Origin: a bacterium
GTDB taxonomy: Bacteria > Bacillota_I > Bacilli_A > RF39 > UBA660
Assembly (NCBI GenBank): GCA_029100545.1
Contig: JAQXPH010000033.1
Coordinates: forward strand, 9,672 to 73,671
DNA length: 64,000 nt
Reading direction: 5' to 3'
Part shown: positions 29,870-39,030 of the stretch, one piece after another
Numbering within the stretch: position 1 is the stretch's first letter
How the letters are laid out: each line of letters begins with the position of its first letter
Program-made: the position numbers and the translations under genes
The notes under the pieces: generated by a model
Told to the model about the DNA's origin: nothing
The model's input: only the letters and a program-made list of their open reading frames with translations
Database searches by the model: none

Positions 29870-29930
29870 GCCTTATAACTTTTTTATTGAATTTTAAGTA
29901 AACATATCTTATACTTATTATAGGGTAGAT

Positions 29931-30233
29931 ATGAATAAGAAAGGGCAAGCATTAATTGAATTTATTATAATACTTCCAATATTTATTATGATAATGTTGG
30001 CTGTTTTTGATTATGTTAGAATATATAGTGAAAAAAGTAATTTAGAAAGTGTTATGGAAGATGTTGTATTATCTAATGAATTAAAAGATGATAATATAAC
30101 TCTCTTAAAAGAATTAGATGATGAAAAGACTAAATATACATTAAATAAAAGTATTGATATTTATAGTCCTGTAATAAGTGTAATTTTAGGCAATAAATAT
30201 GTTGTATCAGTAAGTAGGACTATTTATGAATAA
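29931..30233 (+). CDS. TadE-like pseudopilin 1
   Basis: MNKKGQALIEFIIILPIFIMIMLAVFDYV is a TadE N-terminal domain with the G/xxxxEF prepilin-like site. Confidence 0.7.
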   Translation: MNKKGQALIEFIIILPIFIMIMLAVFDYVRIYSEKSNLESVMEDVVLSNELKDDNITLLKELDDEKTKYTLNKSIDIYSPVISVILGNKYVVSVSRTIYE

Positions 30234-30579
30234 AAAAGGTCAATCATTAGTTATCTTTATTATTATTTTACCTATTATATTACTTTTATTTGGACTATTA
30301 ATTGAAAGAGTATATTTAACTTATCAAAAGCAAAAATTATATTCTGTTACTAAAACTATTATAGCATTTTCTATTGAAAGAAATGATAAAAATGATATAA
30401 TTAATTTATATAAAGATAATAATATAGTTCTAGAAAATATTGAAATTGAAGATGATAATGGTTTAAAAATAATTGCCAGTGAAAAAGTACCAAGTTTAAT
30501 AAAAAAAGAGGATTATATTATTGAAGTAAATATTAAAGGGGTAAAAAAAGAAGATAAAATAATTTATCAAAGAGGCTAG
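30226..30579 (+). CDS. TadE-like pseudopilin 2
   Basis: MNKKGQSLVIFIIILPIILLLFGLLIERV. Same architecture, with Glu+5 replaced by Ile. 8-nt overlap with the previous gene. Confidence 0.6.
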   Translation: MNKKGQSLVIFIIILPIILLLFGLLIERVYLTYQKQKLYSVTKTIIAFSIERNDKNDIINLYKDNNIVLENIEIEDDNGLKIIASEKVPSLIKKEDYIIEVNIKGVKKEDKIIYQRG

Positions 30580-30580
30580 T

Positions 30581-31342
30581 ATGGGAAGAAAAAAAGGTCA
30601 AAGTATATGTATTTTTTCTACGAAAGGTGGAACTGGTTGTAGTATAACTGCACTTAATCTAGCAGGAATTTTTTCACTTGCAAATAAAAAAGTATTATTA
30701 ATTGATTATGATTTATCTTTTGGCTCTATAGCTTTAATGCTAAATAAAAATTTTGATAAAACTATATATAATTTTGTGGATGATTATGCTAATAATCGTT
30801 TTAAGAGTTTATCTGATTATGTAACACAATATAATGATAATATTTATTTTTTACCTAGTACAAAAGATCCTAGACAAAGTGCTAAAATAAATTTTAATTA
30901 TATTGAATTAATTATTGAAAAAGCTATTTTTGAATATGACTATGTTATTATTGATACAAATCATGATTTATCTGAAAAAAATGTTTTTTTACTTGACTAT
31001 GTTGATAGAATTCTTCTTATAATGGAAAATAATCTTGCTAATATAAAAAATATGAGAAGTCTTCTTAAAATATTTGATGATGCAAATATTAAAAATTTTA
31101 AAATACTTTTGAATGAGTCAATAAGTTTATATAAAAATTATTTTAGTTTATATGATATTAAAAAAATGATAGATGCTAATATAGATTATTATATTGATAA
31201 TAGTTTCTTTATAAAAAATATTGATAATTATATTTATGATGGAAGTATTTTAACTTTGGATAAAAGATTTATTAAAACTTATCCTAAAATAAATAAAGTA
31301 TTTAATTTAATATTAAAAGATATGGAGGAAGAAAATGAGTAA
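30581..31342 (+). CDS. TadZ/CpaE-like ParA/MinD-family ATPase
   Basis: Deviant Walker A ICIFSTKGGTGCS, plus LIDYD. Confidence 0.7.
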   Translation: MGRKKGQSICIFSTKGGTGCSITALNLAGIFSLANKKVLLIDYDLSFGSIALMLNKNFDKTIYNFVDDYANNRFKSLSDYVTQYNDNIYFLPSTKDPRQSAKINFNYIELIIEKAIFEYDYVIIDTNHDLSEKNVFLLDYVDRILLIMENNLANIKNMRSLLKIFDDANIKNFKILLNESISLYKNYFSLYDIKKMIDANIDYYIDNSFFIKNIDNYIYDGSILTLDKRFIKTYPKINKVFNLILKDMEEENE

Positions 31343-32654
31343 TTTAAAAGAACTATTTGATTATAAAAATCCTCCTAAAGATAATAATATTATTAATGAT
31401 TATGATATCTTTAAAGACAAGAATTTACTTGATAATTTACGTACTAAAATTGTTGAAAATATAATTGATAATAATATTACAAATGATGACAATTTAGATG
31501 ATTTTTTAAATAATGAGATTAATAAAACTATTGAAGGATATGATTTAACAAATTTAGAAAGAAGTCATTTATATAATTTAATTGAAAATGAAATAAATGG
31601 TTATGGTCCTTTAACAGAATTATTAAAAGATGAAAATATTACGGAAATAATGGTTAATTCTCCAAGTGAAATATATATTGAAATAGATGGTAATTTAATT
31701 AAAGATGAAAGTATTTCTTTTATTAATGATGCACATATTGTAAGAACTATTCAAAAATTAATTGAACCATTAGGTAGAACTATTGATTCATCTAGTCCAA
31801 TGGTTGATTCAAGACTTAAAGATGGTTCAAGAATAAATGCAGTTATACCTCCTTTATCTACTAAAGGTCCAGTAATTACAATAAGAAAATTTAAAACATC
31901 AATTTCTAATATAGATGAACTTATTCGTTTAGGTTCTCTTACTCCAAATATGGCCTCTTTTCTTGAGGCAGCTGTAAAATCTAAAATGAACATTTTAGTT
32001 TGTGGTGGAACTGGTTCTGGTAAAACAACACTTTTAAATATTTTAAGTAGTTTTATTCCAGAAGAAGAAAGAATAATAACGATTGAAGATGCTGCAGAAT
32101 TAAAACTATCTCAGCCACATGTAATATCACTTGAAACAAGAACTACAAATTATGAAAGTAGTGGCGAAGTAACTATTCGTGATTTAGTTAGAAATTCACT
32201 TCGTATGAGACCTGATAGAATAATCGTTGGTGAAGTAAGAGGTGGGGAAGCTTTTGATATGCTTCAAGCAATGAATACTGGCCATGAAGGAAGTTTAACT
32301 ACACTTCATGCTAATAGTAATATAGATGCTTTACATCGTCTTGAAACAATGGTTTTAATGGCAAATATTGATATTCCAGTAAGAGCAGTAAGAGAATATA
32401 TATTTAATGCCATTGATCTTGTAATTAATATTGAACGTTTATCTGATGGAAAAAGAAAGATAAGAGCAATTTCTGAAGTAATAGACTTTAAAGATGATGA
32501 AATAGTTCTTAATGATATATTTAAATTTAATCAAATTGGTATTACTTCTTCTAAAGAAGTTGATGGACAGTTTATTGAAATCAAAAAAATGCCAAAATGT
32601 ATAAAGAAAATAGAAAGTTATGGATTTAAAGATATAGAAAAAATATTTAAATAG
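31335..32654 (+). CDS. Tad secretion ATPase CpaF/TadA
   Basis: GYGPLTELLKDENITEIMVN, Walker A GGTGSGKTT, RPDRIIVGEVRGGEAFDMLQAMNTGHEGSLTTLHAN. Confidence 0.9.
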   Translation: MSNLKELFDYKNPPKDNNIINDYDIFKDKNLLDNLRTKIVENIIDNNITNDDNLDDFLNNEINKTIEGYDLTNLERSHLYNLIENEINGYGPLTELLKDENITEIMVNSPSEIYIEIDGNLIKDESISFINDAHIVRTIQKLIEPLGRTIDSSSPMVDSRLKDGSRINAVIPPLSTKGPVITIRKFKTSISNIDELIRLGSLTPNMASFLEAAVKSKMNILVCGGTGSGKTTLLNILSSFIPEEERIITIEDAAELKLSQPHVISLETRTTNYESSGEVTIRDLVRNSLRMRPDRIIVGEVRGGEAFDMLQAMNTGHEGSLTTLHANSNIDALHRLETMVLMANIDIPVRAVREYIFNAIDLVINIERLSDGKRKIRAISEVIDFKDDEIVLNDIFKFNQIGITSSKEVDGQFIEIKKMPKCIKKIESYGFKDIEKIFK

Positions 32655-32662
32655 GAGTTAAT

Positions 32663-33673
32663 ATGAATAGCGCAGTAATATCAAAACTAATTATTGAAAT
32701 TATTATTTGCATAATTTTTGTTATTTGTGCTTTTCTTTTTGTGCGTATATTTTATCAAGTAAAAAATATTAAAAGAATTGAAAATTTTTCTATTTCAAAA
32801 AATAATATTAATGAAAATAGTATTTATGATAAACTTTATAAATTTTTTGTAAAATTGTTAAAAAAAATATCTAAATATACTAAAAAATCATATTTTTTAA
32901 GTAATTATGCTAAAAAACTTGATAAGTATTTGATTTACAATAAAAATAAAAATATTACTTCTAATGATTTTATTTCACTAAAAATTGTGTATATGTTATT
33001 TGTTCTTATTTTATATTTTATTACTTGTATAATTAGAATTGTAAATATTAATTTATTTGTTTCCTTACTTATTTGTATTTTATCATTTTTTATAATAGAT
33101 ATAATTATATATATTGTATATAAAAATAAACGTAATACTATTGAATCAGGTCTTTTACAAGCGGTAGTAATTATGAATAGTGCTTTTAAAAGTGGAAAAA
33201 ATATTTATCAAGCAATAAATATTGTAAGAACATCTTTATCAAGTCCGATTAAAGAAGAATTTGATATAATTGCTAAAGACTTAAATTATGGTCTTGATTT
33301 AACTACTGTTTTTTCAAGATTTTATGACCGGGTAAAGGTTGATGAAATTAAATATATTACATCATCTCTTTCTTTATTAAATAAAACTGGTGGTAATATT
33401 GTCTCTGTGTTTAATATGATTGAAAAACATTTTTATGATAAACTAAAAATTAAAAATGAACTATCTTCCTTAACAAGTTCAAGTAAAATGTTATATAGAA
33501 TTTTAACATTAGTTCCATTTATTTTTGTAATAGTTATTGTTACTTTAAATCCTACATATTTTAATCCATTAATTACAACTAAAATTGGATTAGTTTTAGA
33601 CATAATAATGCTTTTAATGTATGTAATATATATTATTATTATTAAAAAGGTATTAAAGGTGGAAAAAATATGA
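32663..33673 (+). CDS. TadB-like platform protein (T2SS-F domain)
   Basis: Polytopic protein with a central cytoplasmic helical domain (LLQAVVIMNSAFKSGKNIYQAINIV...EFDIIAKDLNYGL). Follows the ATPase. Confidence 0.65.
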   Translation: MNSAVISKLIIEIIICIIFVICAFLFVRIFYQVKNIKRIENFSISKNNINENSIYDKLYKFFVKLLKKISKYTKKSYFLSNYAKKLDKYLIYNKNKNITSNDFISLKIVYMLFVLILYFITCIIRIVNINLFVSLLICILSFFIIDIIIYIVYKNKRNTIESGLLQAVVIMNSAFKSGKNIYQAINIVRTSLSSPIKEEFDIIAKDLNYGLDLTTVFSRFYDRVKVDEIKYITSSLSLLNKTGGNIVSVFNMIEKHFYDKLKIKNELSSLTSSSKMLYRILTLVPFIFVIVIVTLNPTYFNPLITTKIGLVLDIIMLLMYVIYIIIIKKVLKVEKI

Positions 33674-34371
33674 AAGTAAATAAATTTTTTAAAAGTATTT
33701 ATCCAAATATAACAATAAAAAATCTTGAAAATAAATTTTTATATTTATCTTATGATAAAAAAAATAATATTAATTTATTTTTAGGATTAAGGCTTTCTTT
33801 AAGTATTTTAGTGTTTATATTAAGTTTATTTATATTTAAAAATGGTTATTTTATTGCTCCAATACTTACTATTGCAATTTATATATTATTTGAATATCTT
33901 TTTTTAGATTTAAAAATAAGAAAAAGAGCTAAAATAATAGAAAGTGATTCAATATTTTTCTTTGAAGTATTAAGTCTTACTATTCAAAGTGAAAGAAATT
34001 TAAAACTATGTATTGAAACAACTTGTAATGCTATAGATAGTTCAATTAGCGATGAATTTAAAATATGTTTAAAAGAAGTAAAACTTGGAAAAACACTTAC
34101 TGAAGGATTAGTTGATTTAATGCAAAGAATTCCTTCGAAAAGTGTATGTAATGTTATTTTAAATATTATTGAAGCTAATGAATTTGGAAATAGTATTGAA
34201 GGAGCTCTAATTAATCAAGTAAATTATTTAACAGATAAAAGAATTTTGGATATTAAATCAAATATTAATAAAATGCCAATGAAAATATCTATTATATCAG
34301 TTTTATTATTTTTGCCTCTTATGTTAATATTAATTATTGGCCCAATTATTATTAATTATATTTTAGGATAA
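33670..34371 (+). CDS. TadC-like platform protein (T2SS-F domain)
   Basis: Same architecture (FFEVLSLTIQSERNLKLCIE...EVKLGKTLTEGL). ATGA overlap with the tadB-like gene. Confidence 0.65.
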   Translation: MKVNKFFKSIYPNITIKNLENKFLYLSYDKKNNINLFLGLRLSLSILVFILSLFIFKNGYFIAPILTIAIYILFEYLFLDLKIRKRAKIIESDSIFFFEVLSLTIQSERNLKLCIETTCNAIDSSISDEFKICLKEVKLGKTLTEGLVDLMQRIPSKSVCNVILNIIEANEFGNSIEGALINQVNYLTDKRILDIKSNINKMPMKISIISVLLFLPLMLILIIGPIIINYILG

Positions 34372-34378
34372 AAAAAAT

Positions 34379-34402
34379 AAAAGCGAATTTGCTTTTATTT
34401 TT
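34379..34402. terminator. weak bidirectional terminator between tadC-like and rpmB
   Basis: AAAAGC-GAATTT-GCTTTT flanked by A- and T-runs. Confidence 0.4.
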
Positions 34403-34562
34403 GTTTGTTAATTGTTCTTGCTTCTCTTGCAGAAATAATAACTTTTTCTCCATTAATTGTTTTCTTTTGAAGATTAGGTTTTTGAACTCTTTTAGTGGCA
34501 TTTAATGCATGAGATCTATTATTTCCTGATAAAGGTTTTTTATTAGTTATTTTAGTAGCCAT
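34395..34562 (-). CDS. rpmB: 50S ribosomal protein L28
   Basis: [38 protein letters not shown] precedes this ATG, and the longer track ORF start is upstream of the SD. Confidence 0.9.
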   Translation of the reverse strand: MATKITNKKPLSGNNRSHALNATKRVQKPNLQKKTINGEKVIISAREARTINKQK

Positions 34563-34727
34563 AATTTGCCTCCTTTTTTCATTACTTTTAAACTTTACCA
34601 TAAATATAGGTAAAAGTCAATTTAAATATTTTTTTCATAAATACTTATATTTATTATTTTTTAAAATTTAATATGTTTATAGATTAATAAAATAAAATGT
34701 TATATAATTATTTTATGGAGGTAAAAT

Positions 34728-35279
34728 ATGTATCGTTATATAATTGGTATGGTAAAAGAACAAGAGGCTAATTATATTATATTAGAATGTAATAATATTG
34801 GGTATTTAATATATGTAGCAAATCCTTATTTATATGAAATAGATAAAGAATATAAAATTTATTTATATAATCAAATTAGAGAGGATGAAAATTCTTTATA
34901 TGGTTTTAAAAATAAAGAAGAATTAGATTTATTTTTAAAATTGATTAATGTTAAAGGTTTAGGTCCAAAAATGGCAAATGGTTTTTTTGCAACTGGAAGT
35001 GTTAATGGCATAATTGATGCAATTAATCGGGAAAATATTTTATATTTAACTAAATTTCCTAAAATTGGTGAAAAAATAGCAAAACAAATAATATTAGATT
35101 TAAAAGGTAAAGTTAATGCTCAAGTTAGTGATGAAGATAATAAATCCGAAGAACTTTATGAAGTATTAGAAAGTCTTGGCTATAAAACTTCAGAAATTAA
35201 TAAAGTAATTAAAAATATTAATCAAGATCAAAGTGTTGAGATGCAAGTTAAAGAAGCTCTTAAACTATTATTGAGGTGA
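34728..35279 (+). CDS. ruvA: Holliday junction branch migration complex subunit RuvA
   Basis: MYRYIIGMV..., the LINVKGLGPKMA HhH motif and C-terminal domain III. Ends in TGA. Confidence 0.9.
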   Translation: MYRYIIGMVKEQEANYIILECNNIGYLIYVANPYLYEIDKEYKIYLYNQIREDENSLYGFKNKEELDLFLKLINVKGLGPKMANGFFATGSVNGIIDAINRENILYLTKFPKIGEKIAKQIILDLKGKVNAQVSDEDNKSEELYEVLESLGYKTSEINKVIKNINQDQSVEMQVKEALKLLLR

Positions 35280-35281
35280 AA

Positions 35282-35794
35282 ATGAAAATAGGAATAGATT
35301 TTGATAATACAATTGTAAATACTTCAGAAGTGTCTAAGATGTTTCTAAATGATTATAAACCGGGAAATAATTTAAAAAGTTATCATGAACTTAGTGATGA
35401 AGAAGAATTTTCTTTTTTTGAAAAGTATTATGAAGATATTACTAATAATTTAATAATATTTGATAATGTTAAAGAAACATTTAATTTTTTAAAAGAAAAT
35501 AATATTAAAATTGTATTAATTACCGCTCGTGGTGGAAACTATCCAGAAATTATTGATATTACAAAAAACTTTTTAATAAAAAATGATTTATTATTTGATG
35601 AAATGATTTTTGGTGCTTATCCCAAAGGTAAAGAAGCTAAAGAAAATAATTTAGATTTAGTAATTGATGATACAAAAGAAGTAATTGAAAATGTAAAAGA
35701 ATATGGTATAAAAGGTTTATTATATGGTAGTGATGTAAAAAACTGGCAAGAGGTAGAGGATTATATTAGAAAGGAGGTTTTATGCCAAGAATAG
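35282..35794 (+). CDS. HAD-superfamily phosphatase (5'(3')-nucleotidase-like) inserted between ruvA and ruvB
   Basis: Motif [11 protein letters not shown], motif II LITAR and a late DD motif (LVIDD). Confidence 0.55.
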   Translation: MKIGIDFDNTIVNTSEVSKMFLNDYKPGNNLKSYHELSDEEEFSFFEKYYEDITNNLIIFDNVKETFNFLKENNIKIVLITARGGNYPEIIDITKNFLIKNDLLFDEMIFGAYPKGKEAKENNLDLVIDDTKEVIENVKEYGIKGLLYGSDVKNWQEVEDYIRKEVLCQE

Positions 35795-36783
35795 TTGATG
35801 CAAATGATCAAAATGAAGAAGTATTTGAACAAAATATAAGACCACAGAAACTTGATGAATATGTAGGTCAAACTGAAATTAAAGAAAACATGCGTGTATT
35901 TATTACGGCAGCGAAAATGCGTGGTGAAGTGTTAGATCATACATTATTATATGGTCCTCCAGGACTTGGAAAAACCACACTTGCTCATATTATTGCTAAT
36001 GAGATGGGAACTAATATTAGAACTACCTCTGGTCCTGCGATGGAAAAACCTGGTGATCTTGCCGCTGTTTTATCATCATTAGAACCTGGAGATGTTCTTT
36101 TTATTGATGAAATACATCGTCTTCCATCTTTTATTGAAGAAATTTTATATCCAGCAATGGAAGATTTTGAACTTGATTTAGTAATTGGTAGTGAGGGAAA
36201 AAGTAAAAGTATAAAAATTGATTTACCACCTTTTACTTTAGTAGGTGCTACAACAAGAGCAGGAGATTTAACTTCTCCTTTAAGAGATAGATTTGGAATT
36301 GTTAATAAACTTGAATATTATTCTTATGAAGAACTTGCTGGCATTATAAAAAGGACTTCAAAAGTACTTAATATGGAAATTTCTGATGATGCAGCTTTAG
36401 AACTTGCTAAAAGAAGTCGAAAAACACCAAGAATTGCTAATCGTTTATTTAAAAGAGTTAGTGATTTTGCACTTGTACTTGGTAATGGTAAAATAACTTT
36501 AGATATAACAAAAGATGCTTTAAAAAGATTAAAAGTTGATGAATATGGCTTAGATAGTATTGATATTGAATATTTAAAAAGTTTAATTGAAAAATTTAAT
36601 GGTGGACCAGTAGGGGTTGAAACAATTGCAACATCTATTGGAGAAGAAGTAAGTACTATCGAAGATGTAGTTGAACCATTTTTACTTCAAGAAGGATTTA
36701 TTAAAAGAACAAAAAGTGGTAGAGTAGCTACAGATAAAAGTTATGAACATTTAAAAATAAGTCATAACAAAGCATTATTTTAG
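35782..36783 (+). CDS. ruvB: Holliday junction DNA helicase RuvB
   Basis: [39 protein letters not shown]. Confidence 0.97.
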   Translation: MPRIVDANDQNEEVFEQNIRPQKLDEYVGQTEIKENMRVFITAAKMRGEVLDHTLLYGPPGLGKTTLAHIIANEMGTNIRTTSGPAMEKPGDLAAVLSSLEPGDVLFIDEIHRLPSFIEEILYPAMEDFELDLVIGSEGKSKSIKIDLPPFTLVGATTRAGDLTSPLRDRFGIVNKLEYYSYEELAGIIKRTSKVLNMEISDDAALELAKRSRKTPRIANRLFKRVSDFALVLGNGKITLDITKDALKRLKVDEYGLDSIDIEYLKSLIEKFNGGPVGVETIATSIGEEVSTIEDVVEPFLLQEGFIKRTKSGRVATDKSYEHLKISHNKALF

Positions 36784-36794
36784 AAAGGTAAATT

Positions 36795-37604
36795 ATGATA
36801 GAAAAAATAATTAGTATTATTATTATACTTATATTAGCATATATATTAAATTTGATTTTAGAAAAATTAATTAATAAATTAATTGATAAAAAAAATAATA
36901 AAAATTTAAAAACAACTTTAATTTTTTTTAAAAAAGTAAAATCAGTAATTATTTTCTCTCTAGGAGTAACACTTTGTTTATCAAAATTTGAAATGTTTAA
37001 ATCACTTTCTGTTACATTATTAAGTGCAGTAGGTATTTTAACAACTATTTTAGGACTTGCCGCTAAAGAAAGTTTAGGTAATTTATTTGGAAGTATAAGC
37101 ATTTTATTTTCCCATCCTTTTGAAGTAGGAGATAGAGTTAAAATAATTGAAAAAGATATATCTGGTACTGTTTTAGAGGTATCAATGAGACATACTATTA
37201 TACTTGGTTATAATAATCAAAGATATATAATTCCAAATAGTATTTTAAATACACTTACAATTGAAAATAGTGATTATACTGAATCAGAAACTTGTCTTTT
37301 CGCTGATTACGGTATTTCTTATGAAAGTGATATTGATAAAGCAATTGCTATTATAAAAAAGGAACTTAATAAGTTTGAAAAACCTAATATAAAAAATATT
37401 GAATATCCTAAAGTAAGAGTATATAAATGGGAAAGTTCTTCGATAATATTAAGAGCATGGGTATGGGGAAAAGATATTTTTCAAAGTTATGATAATTTAT
37501 ATAAATTAAATTATAATCTAAAAAAAGAGTTTGATAAAAATAATATTGAGATTCCTTATAATCATCTTAATGTTATTATGGAAGATGATAAAGATAAAAA
37601 ATAA
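36795..37604 (+). CDS. mscS: small-conductance mechanosensitive channel (MscS family)
   Basis: TM helices, then LGLAAKESLGNLFGSISILFSHPFEVGDRVKI. Confidence 0.8.
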   Translation: MIEKIISIIIILILAYILNLILEKLINKLIDKKNNKNLKTTLIFFKKVKSVIIFSLGVTLCLSKFEMFKSLSVTLLSAVGILTTILGLAAKESLGNLFGSISILFSHPFEVGDRVKIIEKDISGTVLEVSMRHTIILGYNNQRYIIPNSILNTLTIENSDYTESETCLFADYGISYESDIDKAIAIIKKELNKFEKPNIKNIEYPKVRVYKWESSSIILRAWVWGKDIFQSYDNLYKLNYNLKKEFDKNNIEIPYNHLNVIMEDDKDKK

Positions 37605-37624
37605 ATAATAAAATGAAAAAAAAT

Positions 37625-37668
37625 AAAACTACCAAGATAATTTATACATTTTTTGGTAGTTTTTTATT
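37625..37668 (+). terminator. rho-independent terminator after mscS
   Basis: AAAACTACCAA ... TTGGTAGTTTT followed by a T-run. The loop is large. Confidence 0.5.
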
Positions 37669-37951
37669 ATTTTAATTTTTTTCTATCTGGAGTTTTCAAA
37701 ACATTTTCGTTCGGGATAATTTATTACTCGCACCATCCGGGAGCGAGAAACATTTTCTTATTAAAGCACTCTTTTAAATGCAATAATAATGTACTTTATT
37801 TTATGAAGAAAGTCATTAGTTTGTCATAAAACCTAAAAAATTTCATTTGCATTGTTGTTAATAAATTTTTAAACATAATTAGTTAAAAAAATTACACATA
37901 CTAATATATCTATAAAAGCATCTAATAAGATAAAAATACAAAATAATATAA

Positions 37952-37980
37952 TTGACACTTATTAGTTTTTATTATATTAT
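37952..37980 (+). promoter_or_regulatory. predicted promoter of the 37990 gene
   Basis: TTGACA-17 nt-TATTAT. It leaves almost no leader before GTG 37990, so the true start codon is uncertain. Confidence 0.45.
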
Positions 37981-37989
37981 TTTTATAGG

Positions 37990-38292
37990 GTGAATAGTGT
38001 GAATAAAGCATATAAATTTACATATATATTTTTACTTTGTATGGTTATAATATTACTTGCTATTTTGTTAATATGGTTTACAAAAACATATAAAGTAAGT
38101 TTTGATACAGATGGTGCACAGAATTATGAAATTGTATTAGTTAGACCTGCGAAAAAGGTTGAATTACCACCAGATCCAGTAAAAGAAGGATATATTTTCG
38201 AAGGTTGGTATTTAAATGATAATTATTTTGATGTAGATACCTTAATATTCGAAGATATTACATTAAAAGCTAAATGGAAAAAAGTTACATAA
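37990..38292 (+). CDS. membrane-anchored protein with one Listeria-Bacteroides (InlB B-repeat/Flg_new) domain
   Basis: YKVSFDTDGAQ...PPDPVKEGYIFEGWYLNDNYFDVDTLIFEDITLKAKW matches the repeat signature. Confidence 0.6.
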   Translation: MNSVNKAYKFTYIFLLCMVIILLAILLIWFTKTYKVSFDTDGAQNYEIVLVRPAKKVELPPDPVKEGYIFEGWYLNDNYFDVDTLIFEDITLKAKWKKVT

Positions 38293-38328
38293 AAAATATC
38301 ATTAGTTAAGTTCTAATGATATTTTTTT
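38291..38328. terminator. bidirectional terminator
   Basis: A6-ATATCATTAG-TTAAGTT-CTAATGATAT-T7. Confidence 0.6.
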
Positions 38329-38336
38329 AATTAATT
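38309..38336 (+). repeat. 28-nt direct repeat, left copy (AGTTCTAATGATATTTTTTTAATTAATT)
   Basis: 27/28 identical to 39035-39062, which is the 3' coding end of the phosphohexomutase gene. Together the copies bracket the Fic pseudogene. Confidence 0.85.
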
Positions 38337-38999
38337 TAATTTGATACCATCTATGCAAGTATCATAAATCCATTGTTTTAATTCTTGCATATTTCCACTT
38401 TCATAATATCTAATAAGTTTTTCATAAAATGTTTCTTGATTTTCTTGTGCTATTGTTATAATTCCACATCCATTATCTATCATAATTTTATTAGCAAATA
38501 ACATTGCAACTCTTTTGTTGCCATCAATAAATATTTGTCTTCTCATTAATGATAGCATTATTTCAATCGCAATTTCAGTTTTAGTTTTATTTTCTTGATT
38601 TAATAAAGCTTCTAATTCTTCTTTTATTTGACTTTCAATAGGAAATTGAGGTTTCCAACTTGTCCCACCAATATTAACTGGAGTTGTTCTTATTTTTCCT
38701 AATTCTTGGTCTAATACTAATTTATCCGCAACTAATTTATGAATATGACATAATGTATTATAATCATAATCAATATCATTATTTTCTAATATGAACTCCT
38801 AAGCATATTTTAAATTATTAATAGCTATGATTTTGTCAACAGTAAGCCCATTAACAATACCACCATCATAGATTACTTGTGTTTCAGAATATGTAACTTC
38901 AATACCCTCTAAATTAGCGCTTTTCCATATATAATCAACAATATTTCTTTTAGCAATAAATATATTTTGTTCTCTTGTTAAATTAAATTTATTTTCCAT
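38331..38999 (-). pseudogene. Fic/Doc-family protein interrupted by one in-frame TAG, with a degenerate active-site motif
   Basis: My translation is continuous in one frame: 66 aa, TAG (38799-38801), then ~156 aa. N-terminal inhibitory-helix-like SANLEG. The Fic motif reads QIFIDGNKR, with Gln in place of the catalytic His. Confidence 0.7.
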
Positions 39000-39030
39000 A
39001 TTTTTTTCCTTTCTTTATATTTAAATGATA

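Noticed and set aside
29870-29930. Search for a Flp pilin gene next to the Tad locus (also 34372-34394)
   Set aside because: Both flanks are too short and contain no ORF with a G/xxxxEY motif. None is called.
31751-31993. Minus-strand ORF inside the CpaF-like ATPase gene
   Set aside because: Antisense to a strongly supported gene.
35270-35285. Possibility of genetic code 4 (TGA = Trp), given the Mollicutes-like AT content
   Set aside because: TGA closes ruvA (35277-35279), the sigG-like gene (43006-43008) and the hydrolase fragment at their expected protein ends. Trp is always TGG in conserved motifs.
36728-37102. 124-aa minus-strand ORF spanning the ruvB end and the mscS start
   Set aside because: It overlaps two supported + strand genes and is hydrophobic low-complexity.
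37700-37760. tRNA or tRNA fragment in the GC-richer patch
   Set aside because: There is no T-loop (GTTCGAATC-like) and no cloverleaf. Only one 5-bp stem is present.
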